Assembly: GCA_031367105.1 (NCBI GenBank)
Contig: JANLPG010000129.1
Location: 24,690-88,689 of the forward strand
Origin: Gemmatimonadota bacterium
GTDB taxonomy: Bacteria; Gemmatimonadota; Gemmatimonadetes; Gemmatimonadales; GWC2-71-9
Direction: 5' to 3'
Length of the DNA stretch: 64,000 nt
The notes under the pieces: generated by a model
Seen by the model: the letters and a program-made list of their open reading frames with translations, nothing else
Told to the model about the DNA's origin: nothing
Databases searched by the model: none
In this document: positions 17,114 through 25,910 of the stretch, piece by piece
Layout: each line of letters opens with the position of its first letter
Numbering within the stretch: position 1 is the first letter of the stretch
Program-made: the position numbers and the translations under genes

Positions 17114-17976
17114 TGACCACCACCATCCAGGTCGCGCACAGCCCTGACTCCGACGACGCCTTTATGTTCTACGCCCTCGCCGAGGGAAAGATCGACACCG
17201 GCGACCTGCGCTACGAGCACGAGCTCTGCGATATCGAGACCCTCAATCAGCGCGCCCGGAACAAGGAGCTGGACGTCTCCGCCGTGTCGATCCACGCCTA
17301 TGCCTATATCGCCAATGAGTACGCCCTGCTCTCGAGCGGCTCCTCGATGGGTGACGGCTACGGCCCCCGGCTGGTTGCACGCAACGCCCCACCTGCCGAC
17401 CGGCTCACCGGTAGCGCGACCGTCCGCGCGGCGGCCAGGGGGAAGCGGATCGCGGTGCCCGGCCTGCTGACCACGGCGTATCTCTCGCTCCGGCTCTGGC
17501 AGCCGGACTTCGAGGTGGTGGTGCTGCCCTTCGACCAGATCGAGGCGGCGGTGCATCGCGGTGATGTGGAGCTGGGGTTGCTCATCCACGAGGGTCAGCT
17601 CACCTACGCCGATGACGGTCTCCATCTCTGGGCCGATATGGGTGAATGGTGGCTGAGCGAGACCGGCCTTCCGCTCCCGCTCGGCGGCAACGTCGTCCGC
17701 CGCGATCTCGGCCGCGACGTGGTGGAGCAGGTCGCCCGTGACCTGCGTGACAGCATCGTCTATTCGCTGGAGCATCGTGCCGAAGCGCTCGCGCACGCAG
17801 CGCAGTACAACCGCGGCATCTCGGAGGCGCGCACCGACGAATTCGTCGGGATGTACGTCAACCAGTGGACGGTGGACTATGGCGAACGCGGCCGCGCAGC
17901 GGTCCGGTTGCTGCTGGAGCGAGCGGCCGAGGCGGGGATCATTCCGACGCGGGTGGATGTCGAATTTATTGGATGA
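17113..17976 (+). CDS. MqnA/MqnD family protein (futalosine-pathway menaquinone biosynthesis, MqnD-like)
   Basis: The N-terminal AHSPDSDDAFMFYAL and ELDVSAVSIHAYAYI...YALL..GSSMGDGYGP match the VitK2 biosynthesis (MqnA/MqnD) pattern. Confidence 0.7.
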   Translation: MTTTIQVAHSPDSDDAFMFYALAEGKIDTGDLRYEHELCDIETLNQRARNKELDVSAVSIHAYAYIANEYALLSSGSSMGDGYGPRLVARNAPPADRLTGSATVRAAARGKRIAVPGLLTTAYLSLRLWQPDFEVVVLPFDQIEAAVHRGDVELGLLIHEGQLTYADDGLHLWADMGEWWLSETGLPLPLGGNVVRRDLGRDVVEQVARDLRDSIVYSLEHRAEALAHAAQYNRGISEARTDEFVGMYVNQWTVDYGERGRAAVRLLLERAAEAGIIPTRVDVEFIG

Positions 17977-17998
17977 TGGATGATGGATGATGGATGGT
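17971..17998. repeat. heptamer tandem repeat (GGATGAT)x3 + GGATGGT
   Basis: Read directly from the sequence. It starts inside the last codons of the mqn-like gene and extends into the convergent spacer. The same unit occurs in the opposite orientation at 24855-24897. Confidence 0.7.
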
Positions 17999-18062
17999 GG
18001 GGAGGGGCCGACATCTCGATGAGGTGCCGGCCCTTCAGCTTTCCGCGCCGGTCGCATCTCGC

Positions 18063-19892
18063 TCAGGGGCCCGGGGTCTTGTTCTCGAACCAGAGAATGC
18101 CACCGCTGCCGACCCCGATGAGGAAATCGAGGTCGCCATCGCCATCGAGGTCAGCCACTGCCGGTGCCGAGAGGTCGAAGGTCGGCAGTTTGAAGGTGGA
18201 ATCACGCACGAAGGTGAACGCTCCGACAGCGCCCACATTCCGCCACAGCTGCACCCCGCCATCCTCGCTGCCGATCAGCAGATCGAGTCTGCCATCGCCA
18301 TCGAGATCGGCGAGCACCGGGGTGCTCCGTCGACCGACATCGAGGCCGAGGAAATGGTCGCTCACCAGCGCGAAGCTCGGAGCGGTGCGCGTACCGGCAT
18401 TACGATAGAGGTTCAGCTCGCCCGACGCCTCGCCAACCACCATATCGAGGAGCCCGTCGCCGTTGAGATCACCCAGTGTTGGCACGGTGTTACTGCCTCG
18501 CGTGATCGTCACCAGCGCGGAATCCGCCAGCGTCCACCGTGGCTCGCCGCGCGAACCGCTATTTCGGAACCATTTCACCTTGTCACGCCAGCTGCCGACA
18601 ATCAGGTCCGGCAGCCCATCGCCATCGAGATCGGCAATCGCGGGCGCCGGATGGAACTCGGTGGGAATCGGCAGCACCCCCCGATCGCGGTAGGCTGGCA
18701 CCTTCGCGGTTCCGACGTTCTCGAACCAAGTGATGGTACCGAGCTCGTTGTTCCCGGGAGAAATCCTGTTGGCAATCAGCAAGTCGAAGTCGCCATCACC
18801 GTCGACGTCGCCGAGCGTTGGCAGCGCCTCGCTACCCACGTCGATCGTGGGAATCAGCCGCGAAGTACGGGTGATGAACTTTCCCTTGCTCACCTGCTCC
18901 AGATAGTACAGGTTGTTGATCGAAGTGGTGCTCGGCTTGAACGCACCGCCAATCACTCCCAGCACCAGATCGACATCGCCGTCGGCATCAACATCCCCGA
19001 AGGCAGGGGCGTTGTAACCACTGGTCAGCAGTGGCATCCCCACCGGGAACTGCACCGGCGTGCTGCTGTGCAGATTGGGTTGCGTGCAGCTGCCACTGTT
19101 TTCGATCTGCAGCAGACCCGGTTCGAAGAAATCTCCCCAGTAGAGATCGAGGTCCCCGTCGCCATCGACGTCCGCAAACGCCATCGTGTTGGCACCGTGC
19201 AACGAAGGCCTGCCTATTGCGGCTTCCCCGCCGATGATCTCGATCCCTTCCCAGCGTTCGGTCAGGAAGCGGAAGCGGGGCATCCCGTCGTCGCCACGCG
19301 CACCCTCTTCGTAGCGGTCCACCGTGCCGCTCACTCGTCCGATGAACAGATCCAGCTTCCCGTTGCAGTCGATATCGACGGTGTTGAGAATGTTCTGCTG
19401 GTCGGCGAAGATTGCCTTGCCATCGCTGTCGCGGAGCGAATCGGGGAGCGCGGTGAAGTGTGCCGCTGCCCGGGTACCATCGTTCCGCCAGATCCGGATA
19501 AAGCTGTTTCGCAGCTCCCCCATCAGGTCGAAGTCGCCGTCGTGGTCGAGATCGACGAATCGGAACCACTCCCCCACATTCAGATCCTGGTAGCGGTCAC
19601 TGCGCCAGACGTATTTCCCCTCCCGGTTCTCGAACAGCATCACTTGCCCGCCCCGCTCCTGCACGAAGAGATCGAGGTCGCCATCACCATCAATATCGAC
19701 CAGCTGCGGCCGGGGGACATCGAAGCCACCCAGAAACGGCTGCGCCATCTGCGTCCCAGCGGTATCGGCGACGGCGATTCCGTCGACGTGGCGGAGGAAC
19801 TGCCAGGCGCGGGGTGCCTGCGCTGGCAAGGGAACCGCGAGCGCCACGGCGCCGAGCAGCAGCGTTGCGGCCTGTGCCCACCCACCCCTCAT
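18063..19892 (-). CDS. secreted FG-GAP/VCBS repeat protein (CRTAC1/ASPIC-UnbV-like)
   Basis: Signal peptide followed by more than 8 repeats of the D-x-D-G-D-G-x-x-D-L type (DIDGDGDLDLF, DLDHDGDFDL, DVDGDGDLDL, DVDADGDVDL, DLDGDGLPDL ...). Confidence 0.8.
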   Translation of the reverse strand: MRGGWAQAATLLLGAVALAVPLPAQAPRAWQFLRHVDGIAVADTAGTQMAQPFLGGFDVPRPQLVDIDGDGDLDLFVQERGGQVMLFENREGKYVWRSDRYQDLNVGEWFRFVDLDHDGDFDLMGELRNSFIRIWRNDGTRAAAHFTALPDSLRDSDGKAIFADQQNILNTVDIDCNGKLDLFIGRVSGTVDRYEEGARGDDGMPRFRFLTERWEGIEIIGGEAAIGRPSLHGANTMAFADVDGDGDLDLYWGDFFEPGLLQIENSGSCTQPNLHSSTPVQFPVGMPLLTSGYNAPAFGDVDADGDVDLVLGVIGGAFKPSTTSINNLYYLEQVSKGKFITRTSRLIPTIDVGSEALPTLGDVDGDGDFDLLIANRISPGNNELGTITWFENVGTAKVPAYRDRGVLPIPTEFHPAPAIADLDGDGLPDLIVGSWRDKVKWFRNSGSRGEPRWTLADSALVTITRGSNTVPTLGDLNGDGLLDMVVGEASGELNLYRNAGTRTAPSFALVSDHFLGLDVGRRSTPVLADLDGDGRLDLLIGSEDGGVQLWRNVGAVGAFTFVRDSTFKLPTFDLSAPAVADLDGDGDLDFLIGVGSGGILWFENKTPGP

Positions 19893-20998
19893 CGAGCGCC
19901 CGCCGCACCCATCCCGGTCGGGCCGGTACCAAGCATCAGTGTCTTGATCACCTTCCCCTGCTTCACGTCGATGATCGAGAGCCAGCCATCGCGCGGGTTC
20001 ATCCCCTGCATCCCGGTCATCCCCGGCATATGGTCGTGCGCGCTCTCACCCGGTTTCACGGCACCGGTGTTCTGGTTCACGACGAAGAGCAGCTTCCCGT
20101 CGCGACGCAGGATCAGGTCGTACGGCTGGGCCAGATCGCCCGTGATCGTGCGCCGCACCCTGCCGTGCTTCACATCGACCACGGCGACGGCATTTCCGCC
20201 GAACAGGGTCACGAAGACGGTCTTTCCATCGGCGCTGAACATCGGATCCCACGGCTTCCCTGCGAGCGGAATTTCGCGCACCGGGGTGAACGGAGGCGGT
20301 CGGGTCAGATCGAACACGAGCAACGTGTTGGAAAGTTCGCCTCCGACCACCATCGTCTTCCCGTCCGGGCTCTGGGCGAACTGCACCAGCGAGCGCGTCA
20401 CTCCCGCGAGGGTCGTCAGGGTGACCTGTCCGGTCGCGGTGGCGACCGAGGCGATCCGGTTTTCCGCCAGCGAAGCCGTATGCACCCACTGCCCGTCGCG
20501 ACTCGCCAGCAGCGCGTGCGGTCGGGGGAGCTGAATTTCCTGCGGTTCCAGCAGCGTGAAATCGGAGCGCCGGATCACCGCGAGTGACTTCGGAGGATTG
20601 ACCGCCGTCATCGAGCGACCAACGTAGAGCGAATCGTGCATCGGGTCGAGCGCCAGCAGTCCCGGCGTCTCCATCTTCACCTGACCGACCACGTGGTTAT
20701 TGCGGTCCAACTTCACGACGAGGCCGTCACCAATCAAGGAGACGTACCAGAAGGAGCCGTCCTGTTCCACCACAACGTGGTGCGGCTTGGCGTTGCCGGT
20801 GAAGCCCATCGTTTTCAAGTCAAGCACCGTGTCGATCGTCAACTTGAACTGGTCGACCACGGTGATGGAGGCGCCAGACTGGTTCACGATGTAGAGCTTC
20901 GCCCCCGCCGGCGGAACGGGGGCCCCCGAAGGGGCCCCCGCGCCGAGACCGACCACTGCCGCGAGGAGCCCAGCAGATCGCGTCAGGAGCGCGATCAC
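19889..20998 (-). CDS. secreted YVTN/YncE-like beta-propeller protein with Met/His-rich C-terminal loop
   Basis: Signal peptide followed by repeated propeller blades (LYIVNQSGASITVVD, FWYVSLIGDG, LYVG..., VFVTLFGGNAVAVVD, LLFVVNQNTG). The loop SAHDHMPGMTGMQGM is visible. It has 4-nt overlaps with both neighbouring genes. Confidence 0.7.
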   Translation of the reverse strand: MIALLTRSAGLLAAVVGLGAGAPSGAPVPPAGAKLYIVNQSGASITVVDQFKLTIDTVLDLKTMGFTGNAKPHHVVVEQDGSFWYVSLIGDGLVVKLDRNNHVVGQVKMETPGLLALDPMHDSLYVGRSMTAVNPPKSLAVIRRSDFTLLEPQEIQLPRPHALLASRDGQWVHTASLAENRIASVATATGQVTLTTLAGVTRSLVQFAQSPDGKTMVVGGELSNTLLVFDLTRPPPFTPVREIPLAGKPWDPMFSADGKTVFVTLFGGNAVAVVDVKHGRVRRTITGDLAQPYDLILRRDGKLLFVVNQNTGAVKPGESAHDHMPGMTGMQGMNPRDGWLSIIDVKQGKVIKTLMLGTGPTGMGAAGAR

Positions 20999-23394
20999 GG
21001 GATTGCCTGGGTGCGGTCACGGATCAGGAAGATGCCCGTTTCCATATTGTTGATCAGGATCGCCCCGTTCTTGAAGAACGGATAGTTGTTCCAGCTACCG
21101 GAGAAGCCGGGGACGTTCTGCCCCGGCGCCACGTCGAAGAAGCCGACTTCGCGCGGCTTGATGGGATCGGTGATGTCGATAATCCGCAGCCCGGCCATAT
21201 AGTTCGACTGGTACATCCGGTTGCCCTTGACGTACAGATTGTGGTCGGACGCCTTGGTCGTGCCGAGGAACGGTCCCACGAACACGGGATCGTCGAGCTT
21301 GGCCATATCGAAGATCAGGGTGCGCGTGGCCTTGGCAGCGTCGCCCTTCCCGCTGGTCTCGTCAAGTTCGTCGTCGACGTAGAAGTAGCGCATATCCTCG
21401 GTCCACCATCCCTGGTGGGTGTAGCCAACATCGGGATAGGTCGCCCGCGAGAGGATCGCCGGGTTCTTCTTATCGGTGACATCCGTGATGGAGAGCGCCG
21501 TTTCGTTCGAGCCGACGCAAATCTCCTTCCCGGTGTAGCGTGTGTCGGGACCGTGGTACATCCGGCAGAGGCCGTCGTGGGTGTAGCCAGTGCCGGCACG
21601 CCCGGTCTTGGTGTCGGCAAAGCAACCGACGAAGACCGGGTGGAGCGGGTCGTGCATATCGATCATATGGTAGCCGCCACCACAGGTCTCCCCGCCACCG
21701 TTGCTGCCCACGGCATAGGCGAACTGGGAGCCATCATTGGTCATGATGTCGTGAATGGAATACAGCGCGTCGTACCAGGCATCGGTCGTGAAGATTTGCG
21801 GCGTCTTGACCGCGCGCAGATGGTGGAGGTCGAAGATCTGGATGCCGTGGTGGCCCGCGCCGTCGGAGACGATCAGTGCGTAGTGACCAAGGGTCTTGAT
21901 CTCCTTCCAGATGGCGACATTGGCGGTCGCCGGTTTCGGCAAGTCGCCGAGGTAGCGGGGATGGCTCGGATCACTGACGTCGATGTAGGAGGTTCCATCA
22001 TTGCGGCCGATGATGGCGTAGTCCTTCCCAGTCTCCGGGTCGGTCCAGCCCCAGTTACCACTGATCATCGTCCCTCGCTTCCCGCCGATTGCCGAGATCG
22101 GCATATAGGAGAGAATGCCGGTGTTGCCACATTCCCACTCCTTCGCCATCCCGTTGTCGCACTTCACTTCGGCTCCGGCGATTGCCGCCCACTTGTCGAC
22201 CACGGGCGGAAATGACGTCCCCTTCAGCATCCAGGCACCGGTGGGCGACTTCGCCAGGAACATCACCGTGCCGAGTCCGCCGCCATCGCCGACCATTCCG
22301 ATGATGGCGTTGTTGCCCGAGATGGCGAAGGCATTGCCAAACGTGCCGCGTGACGGAATGGAGTCGACCAGCAACTTGGTCATTCCGGTAAAATTGCCGT
22401 CCTTCCCGCGCGCAAGCCGGAAGATCCGGCCGACGCCAGCCTCGGCGGCGGGAGCTCCGATCCAGAGTTCCTTGTCGCCAATGGCGACCGAGGCACCGAA
22501 GCGCGACGCGCCACCTTCGAACGACGTAAAGGTCGCCTTCTCGGTCCAGGGGGCGTCCTTGCCCCGCTCGAACAGGACCGCGGAGCCGGCGAAGGTGTTG
22601 GCGGTCGGCGCGCCGGCGAGCAGCTGGTCGCCCCTCACGGTGACCGATGCGCCCAGTTGGGAGTTGTCGAGGATCCGGCGCCCGAGCAGCGCTGCCTCCT
22701 GTTTCCAGGTCCCCTCGGCACCCTTCACGAACGTGTAGATCTTCCCCTTCGACTCCCGGCCCGGCGCACCGACCGCGACCCGGTCGCCATCGATCGAGAT
22801 CGCGGCGCCGAACTTGTCACCTGCGGCAGCGCCTCCCTCAGGCGTCAGCGTCCCGGCTGCGGTCCAACGTCCATCGGCGCCGCGACGGAAGAGGTAGACC
22901 GAGCCGCCTCCGGCTTCGCCCGGTGCGCCCACTAATGCCAGATCGCCACTGAGGGCCAGCGCCTGCCCGAAATTGGCGCGGGCCTTCTGGCCCACGTCGC
23001 CGATGACGCCGGCAGCGGTCCAGTTACCATCGGCGCCGCGGCGAAAGATCTGCACCGTGCCACGGCCGCTGTCGGCGGCGTTGAACGTCCCCACCTGACC
23101 CACCAGCAGCGTCACGCCATCGGTGGCCAGCGACACGCCGAAGCCGTCGCCAATCGCCCCGTTCGGGGCGCTCAGCTTGCCGGTGACTTTCCAGCCGGTC
23201 GGTAGCCGGCGGTAGAGGTGCACCGCACCCTGGCCACGCTGCGCCTCACCCACAAACGCTGCGTCGCCGTGGATCGCCACCGCCGCGCCGAAGCCAGCGA
23301 GACGGGGGCCGTCGGATCGGTCGGACGCGTGACTGACCGTTGCAAACACCGTCACGGCGCAGGAAAGCGTCGCGAAGGAGATTACTCGCTTCAT
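20995..23394 (-). CDS. secreted FG-GAP-like N-terminal region fused to choice-of-anchor B / LVIVD-repeat domain
   Basis: Signal peptide. The N-terminal half has GDxFG repeats (GDGFGVSLA, GDKFGAAIS, SRFGASVA). The C-terminal half has SGNWGWTDPETGKDYAIIGRNDGTSYIDVSDPSHPRYLG and HHGIQIFDL, typical of the choice-of-anchor B family. Confidence 0.7.
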   Translation of the reverse strand: MKRVISFATLSCAVTVFATVSHASDRSDGPRLAGFGAAVAIHGDAAFVGEAQRGQGAVHLYRRLPTGWKVTGKLSAPNGAIGDGFGVSLATDGVTLLVGQVGTFNAADSGRGTVQIFRRGADGNWTAAGVIGDVGQKARANFGQALALSGDLALVGAPGEAGGGSVYLFRRGADGRWTAAGTLTPEGGAAAGDKFGAAISIDGDRVAVGAPGRESKGKIYTFVKGAEGTWKQEAALLGRRILDNSQLGASVTVRGDQLLAGAPTANTFAGSAVLFERGKDAPWTEKATFTSFEGGASRFGASVAIGDKELWIGAPAAEAGVGRIFRLARGKDGNFTGMTKLLVDSIPSRGTFGNAFAISGNNAIIGMVGDGGGLGTVMFLAKSPTGAWMLKGTSFPPVVDKWAAIAGAEVKCDNGMAKEWECGNTGILSYMPISAIGGKRGTMISGNWGWTDPETGKDYAIIGRNDGTSYIDVSDPSHPRYLGDLPKPATANVAIWKEIKTLGHYALIVSDGAGHHGIQIFDLHHLRAVKTPQIFTTDAWYDALYSIHDIMTNDGSQFAYAVGSNGGGETCGGGYHMIDMHDPLHPVFVGCFADTKTGRAGTGYTHDGLCRMYHGPDTRYTGKEICVGSNETALSITDVTDKKNPAILSRATYPDVGYTHQGWWTEDMRYFYVDDELDETSGKGDAAKATRTLIFDMAKLDDPVFVGPFLGTTKASDHNLYVKGNRMYQSNYMAGLRIIDITDPIKPREVGFFDVAPGQNVPGFSGSWNNYPFFKNGAILINNMETGIFLIRDRTQAIP

Positions 23395-23576
23395 GGAGGT
23401 CCTCGTACGGGTTGAAAGGGAGATCTTGAGTATAGTGTCCCCACTCAGGGCGGGAAGATCGTGGTTCTCTACGGAACGCTACCCGGGGGGTTTCGGGGCT
23501 GGAGGCGAAGATTCGACCCGCTCCAGCTGGCGCGTTATTGTTGGGGTGTCACCCCCCCCCCGCCCTTGGAGCCCCA

Positions 23577-24695
23577 ATGACATCCCCAACGATCGTCGAC
23601 CCGCTCGCTCCCCGGGGGCCACTCGACTCCGAGGAGGGGAGCGTCATCACCACCCTCATCGTCGACGACGAGGGATCGGTCCGCGACGCACTGGCGAAGT
23701 TCCTGACCGCGATCGGCCACGAAGTCGTCACCGCCAGCGACAGTGCCGGCGCCATTGCCGAGATTCGCCGCCGCAAGATCGCCTGCATTCTGCTGGATGT
23801 CCGGCTCCCCGACGCCTCGGGGCTCGATCTCGTCCCGGTGATCCTCGAACAGGAGCCGTTCGCGGCGATCCTGATGCTCACCGCGGTGAACGACGCCCAT
23901 TCCGCGGCCCTCTGTATGCAGCGCGGCGCAATGGACTACCTCGTCAAGCCGGTCGACCTCCCCGATCTCCAGCGGGCCATCGTCCGGGCCCTCGCCCGTC
24001 GGCGCGAGACCATCGAGCAGGCGCAGACCCAGGCGTGGCTGCGGCAGGAGATCGTCCAGCGCGGGGCCGACCTGCGTCGCGAGCGAAGCAATCTCGAACG
24101 CATCTCGGTGGCGACACTTGAGGCGCTGGTCAATGCCCTCGAAGCGAAGGATGCCTACCTCCGCGGTCACTCGGCGCGGGTGGCTGACCTCTCGGCGATG
24201 GTGGCCGCGGAGCTGGGGCTGGGTGATGAGCAGATCGAGATGGTGCGCACCGCCGGCCGACTGCACGACATCGGGAAGATCGGCATCCGGGATGAGGTCA
24301 TCAACAAGAAGGGACCGCTCACCGATGTTGAGTTCGAGCACGTCAAGAGCCACGTCGCCATCGGCGCCCAGATCCTGGCACCGCTGACCCACCTGCGCGA
24401 GGTGATTGCCTTCGTGCGGTCGCACCACGAGCGTGCGGATGGCACCGGCTATCCCGACGGTCTCGCGACCAGCGCGATTCCCATCGGCGCCAGGATCCTC
24501 GGCGCTGCCGAGATTTACGATGCCCTCACTACCGCACGACCCTATCAGGAAAAGATGACGCCCGATGAGGCCGTTGCCCGGATGCGCGACCTGGTCGGCA
24601 CCGCGATCGACGCCGACGTCCATCGCGCCCTTTCGGCGGTCGTGGCGCGGCGGAAGACGCTGACGTTCCTGGATGACAGGACGCTGACAGACTGA
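23577..24695 (+). CDS. response regulator with HD-GYP phosphodiesterase output domain
   Basis: The receiver (LIVDDEGSVRD...LLDVRLPDASG...KP) is followed by the HD-GYP motifs RLHDIGK and HHERADGTGYPDGL. The ATG at 23577 has GGAG 6 nt upstream. Confidence 0.85.
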   Translation: MTSPTIVDPLAPRGPLDSEEGSVITTLIVDDEGSVRDALAKFLTAIGHEVVTASDSAGAIAEIRRRKIACILLDVRLPDASGLDLVPVILEQEPFAAILMLTAVNDAHSAALCMQRGAMDYLVKPVDLPDLQRAIVRALARRRETIEQAQTQAWLRQEIVQRGADLRRERSNLERISVATLEALVNALEAKDAYLRGHSARVADLSAMVAAELGLGDEQIEMVRTAGRLHDIGKIGIRDEVINKKGPLTDVEFEHVKSHVAIGAQILAPLTHLREVIAFVRSHHERADGTGYPDGLATSAIPIGARILGAAEIYDALTTARPYQEKMTPDEAVARMRDLVGTAIDADVHRALSAVVARRKTLTFLDDRTLTD

Positions 24696-24724
24696 CCACC
24701 GATGGGCTACAGGCGGCCAAAGCT

Positions 24725-24847
24725 TGTCATCCTGAGCGTAGCGGCCGCAGGCCGCGCAGTCGAAGGATCGTCGGGCCGCCCAGCCGCACAAGTCGAGACC
24801 TCTCGCTTGGGAGATGCCGAGGATCCTTCGCTACGCTCAGGATGACA
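24725..24847. repeat. large palindromic intergenic element (arms TGTCATCCTGAGCGTAGCG ... CGCTACGCTCAGGATGACA)
   Basis: A perfect 19-bp inverted repeat (24725-24743 / 24829-24847) is joined by a second arm pair, CGAAGGATC (24761-24769) / GATCCTTCG (24822-24830). The left copy is interrupted by about 17-18 nt that completes a GCGGCC-GCA-GGCCGC mini-hairpin with the arm end. Spurious translations give RYAQDD on both strands. Confidence 0.75.
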
Positions 24848-24854
24848 CTCAAAA

Positions 24855-24897
24855 CATCATCCACCATCCACCATCCATCATCCATCATCCACCATCC
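24855..24897. repeat. heptamer tandem repeat (CCAYCAT)x5-6, reverse complement of the 17971 repeat
   Basis: The sequence reads CATCAT CCACCAT CCACCAT CCATCAT CCATCAT CCACCAT CC. It abuts the stop codon of the M48 protease gene. Confidence 0.7.
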
Positions 24898-25901
24898 TAC
24901 TCAAACGCCATCCCCCGCAGCCTCGTGATCCGCTCCTCGATCGGCGGATGCGATGCCAGCAGGTTGCCGACGACTCCGCTGAGTCGCGAGAATCGCCCGT
25001 CGCCGGGATCCACGATGCAGAGATGGGCGGCCCCACGGCCGACGGCGCGCGTTGGCGTGCGGGCATTGTCGAGCTTGGCGAGGGCACTGGCCAGCGCCGA
25101 GGGATTCCGGGTGTACTGTGCCGCGGTGGCATCGGCCAGGAATTCGCGCTTGCGGGAGATTGCCATCGCCATCAGCCGCGAGAGCAACGGCGCCAGCAGC
25201 AGGGTCACCAACCAGAGGACCAGCACCACCAGCGCCACCGGGAGGTTCTTCGAGCCGCGCCGCCCGACCGCGCTCACCACACCGCCGCCGGCCCGTCCAC
25301 TGTGCCAGAGGAAGCGGCCAAACCCATCCGACAGCAGGGCAATCGAGCCGACCATCGCTGCCACCAGCGTCAGCAGTTGGGTATCGTAGCGGGCGATGTG
25401 CCCCATCTCGTGCGCGACCACCGCCTGCAATTCGTCACGGTCGAGCAGCGTCAGCAGCCCGTCGGTCACCGCCAGCGAAGCGTGCCCGGGGTCGCGACCG
25501 GTGGCGAAGGCGTTCGGGTCATCATCGGGCACGAGATAGAGCTTCGGCCGCGGTTGCCCCGACGCGATCACCATCTCGTCGACCACATTGACCAACCGCT
25601 GTTGCCCCTCGGTGGCCGGATGGATCAACTCCATCGCGTGCGTCGACCAGAGGACCTGTCGATCGCCATACACCCAGGAGACCCACGCGAAGCCGGACGC
25701 GATCAGCGTCACGGCGATACCGACAAACGGCACGACGTGATGGTAATTGTTGGCGGGAGCATCGCCGGTGGCGAGGTACAGTGCGATGTCGCCACCGAAC
25801 CCTGCCCACGCGAAGAAGACGACGAAGCCGATCAGCAGCCACGACGACTTTCGCCGGTTCGATTCCTGCTGCGCGAAGAGGTTGCGCGGAGCACTATCCA
25901 C
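24897..25901 (-). CDS. M48 family zinc metalloprotease (HtpX-like)
   Basis: HEXXH in AVVAHEMGHIARYD, flanking TM helices, and C-terminal ...EFLADATAAQYT...HPPIEERI, typical of M48/HtpX. Confidence 0.85.
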   Translation of the reverse strand: MDSAPRNLFAQQESNRRKSSWLLIGFVVFFAWAGFGGDIALYLATGDAPANNYHHVVPFVGIAVTLIASGFAWVSWVYGDRQVLWSTHAMELIHPATEGQQRLVNVVDEMVIASGQPRPKLYLVPDDDPNAFATGRDPGHASLAVTDGLLTLLDRDELQAVVAHEMGHIARYDTQLLTLVAAMVGSIALLSDGFGRFLWHSGRAGGGVVSAVGRRGSKNLPVALVVLVLWLVTLLLAPLLSRLMAMAISRKREFLADATAAQYTRNPSALASALAKLDNARTPTRAVGRGAAHLCIVDPGDGRFSRLSGVVGNLLASHPPIEERITRLRGMAFE

Positions 25902-25910
25902 GAACGGTGA

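Noticed and set aside
17994-20534. An 846-aa plus-strand ORF, and similar long ORFs at 55754..57502 (+), 23535..24791 (-), 59750..61378 (-), 44616..46046 (-), 37388..38794 (+) and 17023..18057 (-).
   Set aside because: Each is antisense to, or out of frame with, a gene that has clear family motifs (FG-GAP proteins, ThiC, the HD-GYP regulator, the SEDS-like protein and others). Their translations are Arg/Gly/Pro/His-rich low-complexity sequence, typical of shadow ORFs in GC-rich DNA.
24814-25389. A 191-aa ORF beginning MPRILRYAQDDTQNIIHHPPSIIHHPPS.
   Set aside because: Its start is the translation of the palindromic repeat and the heptamer array. The remainder is antisense to the M48 protease gene.
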